DNA of 64,000 nucleotides from an uncultured Gemmatimonadales bacterium (GTDB lineage Bacteria; Gemmatimonadota; Gemmatimonadetes; Gemmatimonadales; GWC2-71-9): the NCBI GenBank assembly GCA_963728705.1, contig CAVSLY010000024.1, forward strand, positions 7,357-71,356, in the 5' to 3' direction. The notes beneath the pieces are model-generated. The model had not been told where the DNA came from, searched no databases, and worked only from the letters and a program-made list of their open reading frames with translations. Position numbers and translations under genes: made by a program. Shown piece after piece: positions 21,724 through 32,987 of the stretch (position 1 is its first letter; every line of letters starts with the position of its first letter).

Positions 21724-22700
21724 ACGACGCGCCGCCCCGGCATACCGAGCCGGCGATCCGGACGATCACCGAAGACGCGGACCTCGAGCGGCTCGTGGCC
21801 ATCGTCAACGCGACGAGCCCGGACGACCCGACCTCGCTCGATGAGATCCGCTGGAGCGACGCGACGTATCCCGGCGCGACCCGCTACCTCGCCGAGGCCG
21901 GTGGCCGATCCGTCGGGGCCGCCACGGTCGGCCGGATCTACATGTATCCGCCCGAGCATCCCGGGTTCTGGGGCTCGATCGCGGTCCTGCCCGAGGCTCG
22001 CCGCCGGGGGCATCGGCGAGCAGCTTGCTGCGCGCCATCTCCGACGTCGGCAAGGTCGGCCGGCAAGACCGAGCTGTACCTGGGATGCGCCGACGGATCG
22101 TCCGGAGGGGATCGAGTTCCTCGCGCACCGGGGCTTCACGGAGTTGGAGCGGTCGAAGACGGTCCGGCTCGAGCTGGCCGGCGTCGCCGCGCCCGCCGTC
22201 GCTGCCGCCGCCGGGCATCGAGATCACGACGCTGGCGGCGCGGCCCGATCTCGTCGCGGGCGTGCACGCTGTCGCAATCGAGACGTTCGAAGACATCCCG
22301 GGCGGAGACGAGCCGATGGCCGCCGGCGACCTCGCCGAGTTCCGCGCCCGCGACGTCGACCGGCCCTCGATCCCCAAGGACGCCTTCTTCGTGGCCGTCG
22401 ACCCGGAGACCGGCCGCGCCGTCGGCTACGGCTCAGTCCTCATGGTGCCCGGCTCGACGACGACGGCCTGGCACGACATGACGGCCGTGCTGCGGGCATA
22501 CCGGGGCCGCGGCATCGCCCGGGTCCTCAAGGAGGCGACGATCGCCTGGGCCGATCGCCAACGGCCTCACGGCGCTCGAGACCGGCAACGACGAGGCGAA
22601 CGCCCCGATGCGCGCGGTGAATGCGCGCCTCGGGTACCGGCCATTGCCCGATGAGGTCACGATGCGTGGTCCGCTGTTCGGCGGCATGATGGCGCGGTGA
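21720..22700 (+). CDS. Tandem-domain GNAT N-acetyltransferase (frameshifted)
   Basis: [10 protein letters not shown]; [18 protein letters not shown]...[21 protein letters not shown]. Confidence 0.82.
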
Positions 22701-22990
22701 CCGAGACACGGACCGAGACTGACCCGGCGCCAACGGCGGCATCGACGCCACCGACCGAGACCCTCCCGCCGGATCCGGTCGCGTACGACTCGCCGCGGGC
22801 CGTTCGGGCTCGCGCGAAGGGGCTCCAGGCCCCGTACATCGCGGGCGGCGAGGACCCCGACCCGGCCGCCGGACTCGCCCAGGACCGCCGCTACATCCGG
22901 CTGCTCATCGCCATGGCGGTCGCGATCGTCGCGTCGGGGTTCGTCATCGGGACGGTCATCGCCCTGATCGGGCCGGCCGGGGGCCGGTGA
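22697..22990 (+). CDS. Hypothetical single-TM membrane protein
   Basis: Start and stop overlap both neighbours; C-terminal hydrophobic helix. Confidence 0.65.
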   Translation: MTETRTETDPAPTAASTPPTETLPPDPVAYDSPRAVRARAKGLQAPYIAGGEDPDPAAGLAQDRRYIRLLIAMAVAIVASGFVIGTVIALIGPAGGR

Positions 22991-24433
22991 CGACCGCCGG
23001 GCCGGTGACGCCCGCCAGCTCGGTCCCGACGGCCACCTGGGCCGCGGCCCACGCGACGGTCGTCGAGACCCTTCGCGACCTCATCCGCATCCCGTCGATC
23101 AACCCGCCGCCGGCCGATGCTCCCGACGGCGAGACCCGTGCCGCGCGCTACCTTGCCGACCGGCTCACCGGGCTCGGCCTGCGGCCCGAGGTCGTCGAGC
23201 CCGTGCCGGGCCGTGGCTCCGTCCATGTCCGCCTGCGTGGCGATGGGTCGGGCGGCGAGCCGTTCCTCCTCCTCTCCCACCTCGATGTCGTGCCGGCACC
23301 CGCGGACCGCTGGAGCCACGACCCGTTCGCCGCGGACATCGACGACGGCTACGTCTTCGGGCGCGGCGCGATCGACATGAAGGGGATGGTCGCGCTGGAA
23401 CTCGGGCGTGATCGAGCGGCTCGTCGAGGAGGCCCGCGCCGCGGGCCTGGATCCGGCCGCCGATCCGATCCCCGGCCTCCGACGCGACGTGCTGTTCACC
23501 TGCACGGCCGACGAGGAGGCCGGCGGCCGTGCCGGCGCGCGCTGGATCGTGGAGCACCGACCGGACTGGCTGCGGGCGGCCGGCGCCGTGAACGAGTGTG
23601 GCGGCGTGTCGGTGACGGTCGCGGGCCGCCGTCTCTACCCTATCCAGGTCGCCGAGAAGGGATTCGCGCCCTACCGGATCCACATCACCGGGACCTGGGG
23701 CCACGGTTCCATGCCGCGCGCGGACAATGCCGCCGTCCTCGCGGCCCGTGCCATCGAGCGACTGGCCGCGCCCAGCCCGATCCGGATCACGCCGGTCATG
23801 ACCCGCTTCCTCGAGGCAGCTGCGGAGGCCCTGCCCGCCTCGGTGGCCGTGGTCCTGCGGCGGATCGCGGCGGGCGAGCTGGACGACCGCGCAGCCGACG
23901 ACGCGATCGACGGCGTGTGCGACCCGATGTACGCCCGAGCGCTGCGCGCCCTGGTCCGCGACACGCTCAGCCCCGACGTCGTCCACGCCGGCGTCAAGTA
24001 CAACGTCGTCCCGGGCGATGCGGTGATCGAGGTCGATTGCCGCGTCCTGCCGGGCACGACCGAGCCCCAGATGCGCGCCGAGGTCGAACGCCGCCTCGGC
24101 CCCGACCTGCTGCCGGCGTGCGACATCGAGCTGATGGTCTGGGGCGAGCCGGTCGAGTCCCCGGCCGAGGGCCCGCTCTGGGACATCCTCGTCGAGACGC
24201 TGCGCGACCACGACCCCGACGCGATCCCCCTCCCGGTGATGGTGCCGTTCGCGACGGACGCGAAGGCGACCTCGCTCCTCGACGTGCCGACGTACGGCTT
24301 CTCCCCGCTCCGCCTCGATCCCGACGAGCGTTTCCTCGAACGCTTCCACGGCGTCGACGAGCGCGTCTCGCTCGACGCGCTCCGTTTCGGCCTACCGGTC
24401 CTCTACGACGTCGTCCGCCGCTTCTGCGGTTAG
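22987..24433 (+). CDS. M20/M25/M40 family metallopeptidase (frameshift near 23405)
   Basis: LSHLDVVP, GRGAIDMKG, ADEEAGG, GHGSMP, FHGVDER. Confidence 0.9.
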
Positions 24434-24682
24434 GCCTGGCTCGCGTCGGATCAACGTCTGTCGCGCCGTCGGCGCGCGTTCAGTCGACCGGCGCTCCTCC
24501 TCGACACGGGCGATCACGACCTTCTCGGGGCACGTCGTGCAGGCGTAGATCCGGCCATTCGCCCAGGAACGCTCAGGATCGTTCTCGGCGGGCGAGTGCG
24601 GCTCGGGCACGAACGTGCCCCACGAGCCGTCGCCGTGACGGTGCTGCAGTCGAAAGTCCAGTTCCGCGTGGAGCCGATCCAC
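24392..24682 (-). CDS. Small hypothetical protein with HxH and CxxC motifs (end uncertain)
   Basis: SD ggaggaa; LQHRHGDGSW...DPERSW..GRIYACTTCPEKV. Confidence 0.55.
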   Translation of the reverse strand: MDRLHAELDFRLQHRHGDGSWGTFVPEPHSPAENDPERSWANGRIYACTTCPEKVVIARVEEERRSTERAPTARQTLIRREPGLTAEAADDVVEDR

Positions 24683-24718
24683 TGTCGTTCCTCCGTTCGA
24701 AGGCCGAAGCCTACTCCC

Positions 24719-25309
24719 CTACTCCTCGCGCGGCGTCCTGATCAGGCGCCCGCGCCGGCTGATGGCATGGGTGGCCAGTGCGGCGACGCCCATCGCCACG
24801 ATCGCGCGCTCGGGCGTGGGCAGCGGGCGGACCGCGGACAGGAACTGGTCGGCTCGGGCGCGGTCCACGACGCGCAGGACCGCGTGACCCCGAGGCGTGA
24901 GTCGAAGCGTCTTCTGGCGGCGGTCCTCCTCCTCGGCCTTGCGCTCGACCAGGCGCCGCTTGACCAGGCCGTCGATGAGCCGGCTCGTCGCCGACGGCGA
25001 GCGATTGATCGATTCGGCGAGCTCCCCGACGGTCAACGTGCTGCCGTCGGCCAGGACGTACAGGGCCGCGAGCTGGGTGAACCCGAGCCGCAGCTCCCCG
25101 AGCTGGCTCGCGAAGCCGATCACGAGCTCGCGCCACAGCGCCCGACCCATCGCCACGCGCTCGCTGATCTGGCGCACGTTCCGGATCCGGCTGCCTGCGG
25201 CGAGCACCGGTGCGGACAGGTCCTGCTCGAACCGCCTCGCGATCGCCCGCGCCGGCGCGGGCCGGCTCGGTGTGCGGTTGAGGACGCGGGCGCTTCGGTC
25301 GTCGGGCAT
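24719..25309 (-). CDS. MarR-family transcriptional regulator
   Basis: LTVGELAESINRSPSATSRLIDGLVKRRLVER...DRRQKTLRLTPRG. Confidence 0.88.
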   Translation of the reverse strand: MPDDRSARVLNRTPSRPAPARAIARRFEQDLSAPVLAAGSRIRNVRQISERVAMGRALWRELVIGFASQLGELRLGFTQLAALYVLADGSTLTVGELAESINRSPSATSRLIDGLVKRRLVERKAEEEDRRQKTLRLTPRGHAVLRVVDRARADQFLSAVRPLPTPERAIVAMGVAALATHAISRRGRLIRTPREE

Positions 25310-25399
25310 GTTCGGGGCAGGGTACGGCGCGAGGTGTAACGCTTGCAAGGCTGCACGTGAATCGGTCGAATCGGCATCCCGTCCGACTACCCTTCCGGC

Positions 25400-26362
25400 G
25401 TGTCCCCCTTCGCATTCGTCTTCCCCGGCCAGGGCTCGCAGACCGTGGGCATGGGCCGGGAGCTCGCCGCGTCGTCGCCTGCCGCCGCCGCCGTCTTCGC
25501 CGCGGCCGACGCCGCCCTCGGTGAATCGATCAGCGCCCTGGCCTGGGACGGCCCCGCCGATCGCCTGGACCTGACCGAGAACGCGCAACCGGCCCTGCTC
25601 GCCACGTCCATCGCGATCCTCGAGGCGATGCGCGAGCGGTGGGCCGCGGCGGGGCTGGCCGCCCCCGATCCCGCCTTCGCGGCCGGCCACTCGATGGGCC
25701 AGTACTCGGCCCTCGTGGCGGCCGGCGCCCTGTCCCTCGAAGATGGCGTGCGCCTCGTCCGGGAGCGGGGACGGCTCATGCAGGCGTCGGGGCAGGGGCG
25801 TGACGGCGCGATGGCCGCGCTGATCGGCCTCGACGACGCGAAGCTGCCCGAGCTGGTCAGCGTCGCATCCGCTCACGGCACGTTCGTCGTGGCCAACCGC
25901 AACGCCCCCGGACAGGTCGTCGTTTCCGGTGAACGGGTCGCCATCGAAGCCGGTGCCACCCTGGCGCGCGACCTCGGGGCGAAACGGGCGATCGTCCTGC
26001 CCGTCAGCGTCGCGGCGCATTCCCCGCTCATGGCCGAGGCCGCGGACTCGATGCGCGAGACGCTCGCCGGCATCGTGTTCCACGACCCGACGACGACGCT
26101 CCTCGCCAATGCCGACGCTCGCCCGATCACGACCGCCGACGAGGCACGGGCCGAGCTCGTCGACCACCTGACCGCCGGCGTCGACTGGGTCGGCGCCGTC
26201 GAGCGGATGACCGCAGCCGGCGTCACGACCTTCGTCGAGGTCGGGCCGGGCAAGGTGCTCACCGGCCTCATCAAGCGCATCGCACCCGACGCCGAGATCG
26301 TCCCCGCGGGCGACCCTGACTCGACCGAGCGACTCACCACGCTGGCCGCCCGCGCGGCCTGA
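25400..26362 (+). CDS. fabD: Malonyl-CoA:ACP transacylase
   Basis: FPGQGSQ, GHSMG, RGRLMQ, EVGPGKVLTGL. Confidence 0.95.
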   Translation: MSPFAFVFPGQGSQTVGMGRELAASSPAAAAVFAAADAALGESISALAWDGPADRLDLTENAQPALLATSIAILEAMRERWAAAGLAAPDPAFAAGHSMGQYSALVAAGALSLEDGVRLVRERGRLMQASGQGRDGAMAALIGLDDAKLPELVSVASAHGTFVVANRNAPGQVVVSGERVAIEAGATLARDLGAKRAIVLPVSVAAHSPLMAEAADSMRETLAGIVFHDPTTTLLANADARPITTADEARAELVDHLTAGVDWVGAVERMTAAGVTTFVEVGPGKVLTGLIKRIAPDAEIVPAGDPDSTERLTTLAARAA

Positions 26363-26390
26363 CAGCCCACTCCTGGAGGGACGTTTCCAC

Positions 26391-27665
26391 ATGCGTCGAC
26401 CCGACTACGACCGCCGCGTCGTCGTCACCGGCCTCGGGGTCATCAGCCCCGTCGGCAACGACAAGGACACCGCCTGGTCGAACCTCGTCAATGGGGTCTC
26501 CGGCCTCAAGGCCATCACGTATTTCGACACCACGCCGTACGAGGCCAAGGTCGCCGGGGAGGTCCTCGGCTTCTCGGCCAGTGACTGGATGGATCCAAAG
26601 GCCGCCCGCCGCAGCGAGTCGAGCATGCACTTCGGCGTCGCGGCGGCGAAGCAAGCGCTTGCCGACTCCGGCTTCGAGCTGACCGACGAGAACCGGACCG
26701 AGGTCGGCGTGGTGTTCGGCTCGGGCGCTGGCGGCCAGCAGCTGATGATCGACAACTACGCCTCGCTGCACGCTCGTGGCCCCCGGACCGTCGCGCCGAC
26801 GTTCATCGCGAACGCCCTCGTGGACAGCTGCTCCGGGATGATCGCGATCGAGACCGGCGCCATCGGGCACAACGTGTGCATGGTGTCGGCGTGCGCGACC
26901 GGTACGCACAACGTGGGCGAGGCCGCAGAGGCGATCCGTCGCGGCGACTGCATCGCGGTCATCAGCGGGTCCACGGAGGCGCCGCTGCTCGAGGTCGCGC
27001 ATGCCGGATTCTCGAACATGCGCGGGATGGGCCTGCCCCGTCCAGGCGAGCCGTTGGCGACCGTGTCGCGGCCGTTCGACGCGACACGCGACGGGTTCGT
27101 GCTCGGCGAAGGGGCCGGGTCGCTCTTCCTCGAGGACCTCGAGCTCGCGAAGGCGCGCGGTGCACACATCTACGCCGAGGTCATCGGCTATGGCTCGGCC
27201 GCGGACGGCTGGGACATGGTCCAGCCGATCGATGCCGGCGTGGGGTCGGCGCGCGCGATGCAGATGGCGCTCGATCGCCGTGGCGTGCCGGCCGACGAGG
27301 TCGACCTCATCAACCCGCATGGCACTTCGACCCCGCTCGGCGACAAGCGCGAGGCCGAGGCGCTCCACACGGTGTTCGGGCCGCGCGCCGCGCGCGACGC
27401 CCGCTCGCTGGCGATCAGCGCCACGAAGTCGATGACCGGGCACATGATGGGCGCCGCGGGCGCCTTCGAGGCCTACGCGACGGTCATGTCTGTCGCCGAG
27501 CAGTGCGTGCCGGGCACCCTCAACTTCCGCGACGCCGACCCCGAGTGCGACCTGTGGGTCGATCCCGAGACCCACTCCTTCCCGATCCGCCATGCCCTCT
27601 CGAACAACATCGGGCTCGGCGGCCACAACGGCGCCGTCATCTTCAAGCGCTATGACGGTGACTGA
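26391..27665 (+). CDS. fabF: Beta-ketoacyl-ACP synthase II (copy 1)
   Basis: RRVVVTGLG, SACATG, NPHGTST, KSMTGHMMGAAG. Confidence 0.9.
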   Translation: MRRPDYDRRVVVTGLGVISPVGNDKDTAWSNLVNGVSGLKAITYFDTTPYEAKVAGEVLGFSASDWMDPKAARRSESSMHFGVAAAKQALADSGFELTDENRTEVGVVFGSGAGGQQLMIDNYASLHARGPRTVAPTFIANALVDSCSGMIAIETGAIGHNVCMVSACATGTHNVGEAAEAIRRGDCIAVISGSTEAPLLEVAHAGFSNMRGMGLPRPGEPLATVSRPFDATRDGFVLGEGAGSLFLEDLELAKARGAHIYAEVIGYGSAADGWDMVQPIDAGVGSARAMQMALDRRGVPADEVDLINPHGTSTPLGDKREAEALHTVFGPRAARDARSLAISATKSMTGHMMGAAGAFEAYATVMSVAEQCVPGTLNFRDADPECDLWVDPETHSFPIRHALSNNIGLGGHNGAVIFKRYDGD

Positions 27666-27786
27666 CGGATCGTCCGCTGGCGGCGTTGCCGCCTCAGCGG
27701 CCCGCGTGCTGCCACCGACCGAGGCGGACAGAGCCGCAACGCGTGCCACTCACTACAATCGGGCGCGAGCCCAGTTGAGGTAGCAC

Positions 27787-29055
27787 GTGCCCGAACAGGA
27801 TCCCGCGCGGCGCGCGGTCATCACCGGCCTCGGCGCGGTCATGCCGATCGGCAACGACTTCCCGACGTACTGGGCCAATCTCCGGGCCGGGGTCACCGGG
27901 ACCCGGACGATCCAGAGCTTCGACGCGTCCGATCACGAGGTCCGCATCGCCGCGGAGGTGCTGGACTTCGACCCGCGCGAGCACATGGACGCCAAGATGG
28001 CCCGGCGCATGAGCCGGTTCATCCATTTCGCGATGGCCGCCGGCAAGGAGGCCATCGCCGATTTGGGGATCGACTTCGCCGCCATGACCCCGGAGCAGCG
28101 CGACCGGGTCGGCGTCGTCGTCAACACCGGCGGCGGCGGGATCGAGCAGATCATCGATGGGACGCACGTCCACGACAGCCGCGGCCCGAGATTCGTCTCG
28201 CCGTTCGCCGTCCCGGCCCTCTCGGGCTCGATGGGCGCGTGCATGCTGTCCATGGAATTCAGCCTGACCGGCCCGGTCATCACCCAGGTCGCCGCCTGTG
28301 CCACGTCGGTCATCGCCTTCCACGACGCGCTCCGGCTCATCCGCGACGGCGAGTGCGACGTCGTCGTGACCGGTGGCACCGAGGCGCCGATCTGGCCGAT
28401 GGGCGTGGCCGCACTCGCCAACATGACGGCGCTGTCCAAGCGCAACGACACGCCCGAGACGGCCTCCCGGCCGTTCGACGGGACCCGCGACGGCTTCGTC
28501 CTCGGTGAGGGCGCCGGCGTCGTGGTGGTCGAGTCCCTGGCCCACGCCCGGGAGCGCGGCGCCACGCCGATCGCAGAGATCCTCGGCGGCGCACTCACGG
28601 CTGACGCCTTCCACATCAGCGCCCCCGAGCCCAGCGGCCGAGGCCAGACACGGGCGATGACGAATGCCTTGCGGAACAGCGAGGTCGCCCCGGACGAGAT
28701 CGACTACATCGTGGCGCATGGCACGGCCACGCCACTGAACGACGTGACCGAGACGCGCGCGATCAAGGCGGCGTTCGGCGACCATGCCTACAAGGTGGCG
28801 ATCAGCTCCCCGAAGTCGATGATCGGGCATCTCGTGGGCGCGGCCGGCGTCGCCAGCGCCCTCGCCGGCATCGGGGCGATCCGTGACGGGATCATCCCGC
28901 CGACCGCGAACCTGCGCACCCCCGATCCCGAGTGCGACCTCGACTACGTGCCGCTGACCGCGCGCAAGGCCAACGTCGAGACGGTCCAGGTGGACGGCTT
29001 CGGCTTCGGCGGCCAGAACGCGGTCGCGATCCTGCGCCGGGTCACGGACGGCTGA
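27787..29055 (+). CDS. fabF: Beta-ketoacyl-ACP synthase II (copy 2)
   Basis: AACATS, AHGTAT, KSMIGHLVGAAG, FGFGGQNA. Confidence 0.9.
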   Translation: MPEQDPARRAVITGLGAVMPIGNDFPTYWANLRAGVTGTRTIQSFDASDHEVRIAAEVLDFDPREHMDAKMARRMSRFIHFAMAAGKEAIADLGIDFAAMTPEQRDRVGVVVNTGGGGIEQIIDGTHVHDSRGPRFVSPFAVPALSGSMGACMLSMEFSLTGPVITQVAACATSVIAFHDALRLIRDGECDVVVTGGTEAPIWPMGVAALANMTALSKRNDTPETASRPFDGTRDGFVLGEGAGVVVVESLAHARERGATPIAEILGGALTADAFHISAPEPSGRGQTRAMTNALRNSEVAPDEIDYIVAHGTATPLNDVTETRAIKAAFGDHAYKVAISSPKSMIGHLVGAAGVASALAGIGAIRDGIIPPTANLRTPDPECDLDYVPLTARKANVETVQVDGFGFGGQNAVAILRRVTDG

Positions 29056-29563
29056 GCGAGGTCCCCTCGAACCCTTCGATCGCCGCGACGAAGGCCGGTC
29101 CCAGCGGCGTCGGCCGCTCGCTCGCGTAGTCGTAGCGGACCATCACCGATTCGCTCGTGGCGACGAGCCTCGGTGGCTCGGCGGGGTGGCGCGCCGTCAG
29201 GCGGTGCTCGAGGATGAAGCTCGAGCGGCCCAGGCGGGTCGCGCGGGTCTCGACCGTGACCCGTTCACCGTGGAACACCGGCGCGCGATACGTGATGCGC
29301 GCCTCCGCGAGGATCAGGCTCTCCGCGCCCTCGTGGCCCGGTGCGATGGGCTCGCCGGTGACGTCGGTCCAGTAGCGGATGCGGGCCATCTCGCAATACG
29401 TCAGGTACTTCGCGTTGTTGACGTGACCCATCGCGTCGGTGTCCGCGAAGCGCACGTCGATCTCGACCGTATGGGCGAAGTCGCCGGGCAGGTCGCGCGG
29501 GTCCTCGGGCGTGGCGATGCGCCCGCGAGGGGGCGCCGGCGTCGAGGCGGGCATATCGAGCAT
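29042..29563 (-). CDS. Acyl-CoA thioesterase (4HBT/YbgC family)
   Basis: VRFADTDAMGHVNNAKYLTYCEMAR. Confidence 0.9.
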   Translation of the reverse strand: MLDMPASTPAPPRGRIATPEDPRDLPGDFAHTVEIDVRFADTDAMGHVNNAKYLTYCEMARIRYWTDVTGEPIAPGHEGAESLILAEARITYRAPVFHGERVTVETRATRLGRSSFILEHRLTARHPAEPPRLVATSESVMVRYDYASERPTPLGPAFVAAIEGFEGTSLSRP

Positions 29564-32277
29564 CAGTCTGCGACCTCGACCACCAGGCTGCCGACCATCC
29601 CTGCCTCGGCGTGGCCCTCGACCGTGCACTCGACGACGTACGTGCCGGGCTCGTCGATCGTGAAGCGGATCCGCTGGGTCTGGCCGGGCCGCGCGCCGGC
29701 ATCGACGTTGGCGAGCCCCGTCACCTCCCAGTCGTGGAAGATCGGGTCGTCGTTGGTGAATTCGAGGACGACCGTCTCACCGGCACGCACCTGCAGGTCG
29801 GCCGGGGTGAACGCGACGCTCCGGGCCGTGACCTCGAGCCTGGTCGCGTTCTCGTCGATGATGCGATCGGCCGCCATCACGCCACCGGCCAAGCCGAGCG
29901 ACGCGATGGCGATCGCGCCGAGGAACCAGGCGTCGCGCAGATGGCCGAGCGGACCGCGGCGACCGACCCGGTGCACGGCCTCGGGGCGCGCGTCGTAGCC
30001 GCGCAGCCGGAGCGAATTCGCCACGACCGACACCGATGACAGCGCCATCGCCCCCGCGGCGAGGGCCGGCGACAGCGTGATCCCGAAGAACGGGAAGAGC
30101 GCACCCATGGCGACCGGGATGAGCACCACGTTATAGGCGAACGCCCAGAACAGGTTCTGGCGGATGACGGTCATCGTCGCCCGCGATAGGCCGATGGCCG
30201 CCGGTACGCCACGCGGGTCGCCGCCGATGAGTGTCACGCCGGCAGCCTCGATCGCCACGTCGGCGCCGGTCCCGATCGCGATCCCGAGGTCGGCCCGGGC
30301 CAGGGCCGGAGCGTCGTTGATCCCGTCACCGACCATCGCGACCGTCCGGCCCCGGGCCTGGAGCCGCTCGACGATCGCGACCTTGTCCGCGGGGAGCACC
30401 TCGGCCACGACCTGATGCGCGGGGATGCCCACCTGCCCCGCCACGGCCTCGGCGGTCCCGCGGGCGTCGCCGGTCACGAGCCAGACCTCGATGCCGGCGG
30501 CCAGCAGCTCGCGCACGGCGGTCGCGGACTCGGCCTTGACCGGATCGTTGATCGCGAGCAGGCCGGCAATGCGGCCGTCGACGGCGACGAGGGCGATCGT
30601 TCGGCCCGCCCGAGCCGCCGCCTCGATCTCGTCGGTGAGGGGCGTCAGGTCGATGCCGCGACCCTCGAGCAACCGGCGGTTGCCGACGAGCACGTCGCGC
30701 GGTCCGTCGGCCGTTTCGACCGTGCCCGTCACGCCCCCGCCGGTCACGGCTGCGAAGTCGATGACCCGCCCGAACCCGAGTTCGTCGTGGTTGGCCCGGG
30801 CGACGATCGCGGCCCCGAGCGGATGCTCGCTGCCTCGCTCGAGCGACCCGGCGAGATCGAGGAGGTCGCGGGTCGTGACGCCGGGCGCGACGACGACCTC
30901 CGCGACCGTGGGCCGCCCCAGCGTGAGCGTGCCGGTCTTGTCGAGCACGACGGCGTCCACGCGATGGGCGATCTCGAGCGCCTCGCCGCCGCGGATGAGG
31001 ATGCCGGCCTCCGCGCCACGACCGGTCCCGACCATGATGGCCGTCGGGGTCGCGAGGCCCATCGCGCACGGGCAGGCGATGACGACCACGCCGATGAAGG
31101 CCGTGAGCGCGAGCGTCACCCGCGGCTCCGGCCCGAACAGCAACCAGACGAGGAACGTGCCGGCCGCGACGACGAGCACGATCGGGACGAAGACCTCGGC
31201 GATCCGATCGGCCAGCCGCTGGATCGGGGCCTTGCTGCCTTGGGCGCGACTCACGAGGTCCACGATGCGGGCGAGGGCCGTGTCGCGCCCGACCCGCGTG
31301 GCCCGCATGACGAACGTGCCGCTGGTGTTGAGCGTCGCGCCGATGACCTCGGTGCCGGCCGTCACCTCGACCGGGATCGCCTCGCCGGTCAGCATGCTGG
31401 CGTCGACCGCCGAGGCCCCTTCCACGACGACACCGTCGACCGGCACCTTCTCGCCGGGACGCACACGCAAGAGGTCGCCGACGACCACGGCCTCGAGCGC
31501 GACGTCCTCGTCGCGGTCGTCGACCACGCGGCGCGCGGTCGTTGCCTGGAGCCCGACGAGCCGTCGGATCGCCCCCGTCGTGCCGGTCCGGGCACGGTGC
31601 TCCAGCCAGCGGCCGAGGAGCACGAGGCCGATGATGATCGTCGACGAGTCGAAGTAGGTCTCCGGGTGCAGCCCGGCCTCGTGGATGACGTCCGGCAGGA
31701 GGGTCACGAAGACGCTGTACAGCCACGCCGCGCTCGTGCCGACCGCGACGAGCGTGTCCATGTTCGCGGCGCCGTGCCGAGCGGCGCGGACGGCAGCGCG
31801 GTAGAACCTGCGGCCGGCCCACACCTGGATGATCGTGGCCGGGACGAGCGCGAGCCAGTTGATGGTCTCCATGGGGACGCTCGTCTGCGGGACGAACATC
31901 GCGACCATGATCGCGATCGCCACGGCGACCGACGTCAGCGCCTGGCGCAGCAGTGATCGTTCCTCGCGCCGGCGGTCGATGTCGTCCAGCGACAGCTCCT
32001 CGAGCAGCGACACCGCCGCGGCGGCGGGGTCGGGCGCTTTCGTGGCGCGGACGTCGTAGCCGGCGTCCTCGACGGCTCCGACCAGGTCCTCGGGCCCGGC
32101 CACGTCCGGCAGGTACCGGATGGTCGCCATCTCGGTGGCGAGGTTGACCGTCGCCGTCTCGACGCCCGGCGTCTTCTGCAGGAACCGCTCGATGCGATTC
32201 ACGCACGAGGCACAGGTCATTCCCTCGATGGGCAGCTGGATCTCGGTCGCGGCCTGGTCGGCCCTGTCGTTCGTCAT
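29563..32277 (-). CDS. copA: Cu(+)-translocating P1B ATPase with C-terminal cupredoxin domain
   Basis: GMTCASC, TGE, CPC, DKTGT, SEHP, GDGIND, YN..P, MALSS; tail HDW...[11 protein letters not shown]. Confidence 0.93.
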   Translation of the reverse strand: MTNDRADQAATEIQLPIEGMTCASCVNRIERFLQKTPGVETATVNLATEMATIRYLPDVAGPEDLVGAVEDAGYDVRATKAPDPAAAAVSLLEELSLDDIDRRREERSLLRQALTSVAVAIAIMVAMFVPQTSVPMETINWLALVPATIIQVWAGRRFYRAAVRAARHGAANMDTLVAVGTSAAWLYSVFVTLLPDVIHEAGLHPETYFDSSTIIIGLVLLGRWLEHRARTGTTGAIRRLVGLQATTARRVVDDRDEDVALEAVVVGDLLRVRPGEKVPVDGVVVEGASAVDASMLTGEAIPVEVTAGTEVIGATLNTSGTFVMRATRVGRDTALARIVDLVSRAQGSKAPIQRLADRIAEVFVPIVLVVAAGTFLVWLLFGPEPRVTLALTAFIGVVVIACPCAMGLATPTAIMVGTGRGAEAGILIRGGEALEIAHRVDAVVLDKTGTLTLGRPTVAEVVVAPGVTTRDLLDLAGSLERGSEHPLGAAIVARANHDELGFGRVIDFAAVTGGGVTGTVETADGPRDVLVGNRRLLEGRGIDLTPLTDEIEAAARAGRTIALVAVDGRIAGLLAINDPVKAESATAVRELLAAGIEVWLVTGDARGTAEAVAGQVGIPAHQVVAEVLPADKVAIVERLQARGRTVAMVGDGINDAPALARADLGIAIGTGADVAIEAAGVTLIGGDPRGVPAAIGLSRATMTVIRQNLFWAFAYNVVLIPVAMGALFPFFGITLSPALAAGAMALSSVSVVANSLRLRGYDARPEAVHRVGRRGPLGHLRDAWFLGAIAIASLGLAGGVMAADRIIDENATRLEVTARSVAFTPADLQVRAGETVVLEFTNDDPIFHDWEVTGLANVDAGARPGQTQRIRFTIDEPGTYVVECTVEGHAEAGMVGSLVVEVAD

Positions 32278-32293
32278 ACTCCTAGGGAGTATA
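32276..32293. promoter_or_regulatory. CsoR-like operator overlapping the copA -10 element and start codon
   Basis: ATACTCC-tag-GGAGTAT palindrome; minus-strand TATACT at 32288-32293. Confidence 0.65.
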
Positions 32294-32339
32294 GCAGGCG
32301 AGGGTGACGGGCCGGCCCCGGGCTTGGCACACTGGACCC

Positions 32340-32903
32340 ATGCCGCCGGTCGAGATCGCCGTGCTCACGCTCCCGGGACCGCTGGGTCCGTACGTCGTCG
32401 CCGCCACGGAACGAGGTGTGGTCGCGGCCGAGTGGGCGACGACGGAGGACGCGCTCCTCGACACCCTGCGCCGGCGACTGGGGGCCGTGGAACGCACGTA
32501 CGAGGGACCCGCGGCGGATCTCCTGGCGGCGTGCCGGCCCGCGCTGGAGGCGGTCCTCGCCGGCGACCGTGTGCCGAACCCGTCGATCCCGATCGACCTC
32601 GAGGACCGTCCACGCTTCGACCAGGTCGTCCTCGGTGCCGTCCGGGCGATCGGCTGGGGTGAGACGGCGAGTTACGGGGCGATCGCGCGACAGGTCGGCG
32701 CCCCGCGCGCTTCGCGCGCCGTGGGCGGGGCGCTCGGGCGCAACCCGATCTCGCTGGTCATCCCCTGCCACCGAGTGATCGCCGCGGACGGCACGATCGG
32801 CGGCTACGGCGGCGACGGCTGGATGGATCGCGACCACCAGCTCGCCCGCAAGGAGGCGCTGCTGCTGCGCGAAGGCGTGACGGTCGCTCGGCGCCCCGAC
32901 TAG
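32340..32903 (+). CDS. ogt: Methylated-DNA--protein-cysteine methyltransferase
   Basis: [18 protein letters not shown]...IPCHRV. Confidence 0.92.
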   Translation: MPPVEIAVLTLPGPLGPYVVAATERGVVAAEWATTEDALLDTLRRRLGAVERTYEGPAADLLAACRPALEAVLAGDRVPNPSIPIDLEDRPRFDQVVLGAVRAIGWGETASYGAIARQVGAPRASRAVGGALGRNPISLVIPCHRVIAADGTIGGYGGDGWMDRDHQLARKEALLLREGVTVARRPD

Positions 32904-32987
32904 ACTTCCTTTCTTCCCGGCTCGAACGCAGCTGGACCCCGGGGAATCTGCTGAGGTGGTCGCCGTCGCGGCGTCGGTGGAGGTTCG

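Noticed and set aside
20469-22481. ilvD-LLM-GNAT 670-aa fusion ORF
   Set aside because: Frameshift-generated read-through; the three genes have their own starts and overlapping stops
30326-32206. Long Arg/Pro/Gly-rich alternative-frame ORFs here and throughout
   Set aside because: Shadow ORFs of high-GC genes with no motifs
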